A DNA stretch of 34,849 nt from Steroidobacteraceae bacterium (lineage in GTDB: Bacteria; Pseudomonadota; Gammaproteobacteria; Steroidobacterales; Steroidobacteraceae), in NCBI GenBank assembly GCA_049793535.1, contig JBARBX010000783.1, positions 1 through 34,849 on the forward strand. Reading direction: 5' to 3'. Positions 34,491 to 34,849 of the stretch are shown here, piece after piece. Under the pieces are notes generated by a model that was not told the DNA's origin, did not search any database, and worked only from the letters and a program-made list of their open reading frames with translations. Position 1 is the stretch's first letter; every line of letters starts with the position of its first letter. A program made the position numbers and the translations under genes.

Positions 34491-34849
34491 TCAATCGAGG
34501 TCGACTGCAAAGCGCTTGAGGTCCGCGAGCGGGCAGTGGCTCAGCGCTCCTTCGTGCGTAGCGCGCAAAACAACGCGCGGCGCACTCCCCGCTTGCAGCG
34601 CTTCCTGCCAACGAGGCGCGCACAGACACCAGCGATCACCGGCCTTCAGTCCCGGAAAGCCGAATTCCGGCATCGCCGTCGAGAGATCATTGCCGCGGGA
34701 CTTCGAGAACGCGAGAAACTCCACGGTCATGACGGCGCAAACCGTGTGGCTGCCGTTGTCCTCGCGGCTGGTGTCGCAGCAGCCGTCGCGAAAGAATCCC
34801 GTCATCGGGCTCAAGGAGCAGACTTCGAGTCGCTCGCCCAGCACGTTCT
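34491..34849 (-). CDS. DUF2237 family protein (5' end probably beyond the right edge)
   Basis: ...NVLGERLEVCSLSPMTGFFRDGCCDTSREDNGSHTVCAVMTVEFLAFSKSRGNDL...GDRWCLCAPRWQEA matches the conserved DUF2237 pattern. The frame stays open to the window end. Confidence 0.8.
   Translation of the reverse strand, partial: NVLGERLEVCSLSPMTGFFRDGCCDTSREDNGSHTVCAVMTVEFLAFSKSRGNDLSTAMPEFGFPGLKAGDRWCLCAPRWQEALQAGSAPRVVLRATHEGALSHCPLADLKRFAVDLD

Overview
High-GC (about 63-65%) bacterial chromosomal window, probably proteobacterial, with no rRNA, tRNA, CRISPR array, transposase or integrase that I can see. The left third (1-12.2 kb) holds housekeeping and accessory genes. These are a truncated tadA, an MFS transporter, a secreted S46 dipeptidyl-peptidase and an exported His-rich protein with a degenerate MBL-like domain. 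They are followed by two tandem DUF4242 paralogues, a wHTH-NB-ARC-TPR regulator, a Tat-signal SRPBCC protein, an MBL-rhodanese fusion, an orphan secreted protein and a Gly/His-repeat secreted protein. The right two thirds (12.6-33.3 kb) form one large Wzx/Wzy-type exopolysaccharide (EPS) locus. It encodes a priming phosphoglycosyltransferase, a short Wza-like exporter, a PCP chain-length protein, a kinase-like ATPase, a Wzy-like polymerase, GT2 and GT4 transferases and an outer-membrane beta-barrel. It also encodes an ExoV-like pyruvyl transferase, a flippase, a two-domain GT2 and a Tat-exported GH16 glycanase. The most interesting part is a tightly coupled five-gene module at 12568-17776: FkbH-like loader, acyl carrier protein, VOC enzyme, membrane-anchored SGNH/DltD-like protein and MBOAT. 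It has the logic of the Gram-positive dlt pathway, but an FkbH-type enzyme replaces the adenylating enzyme. I infer a carrier-protein-dependent route that esterifies the EPS with a hydroxyacyl (glyceryl-type) group. Second, the locus 'tyrosine kinase' has lost its Walker A lysine and its Tyr cluster but carries two tandem MshEN-type c-di-GMP-binding motifs. The window ends with an arylamine N-acetyltransferase and a truncated DUF2237 gene. All functional calls come from motif recognition by eye; no database search was run.
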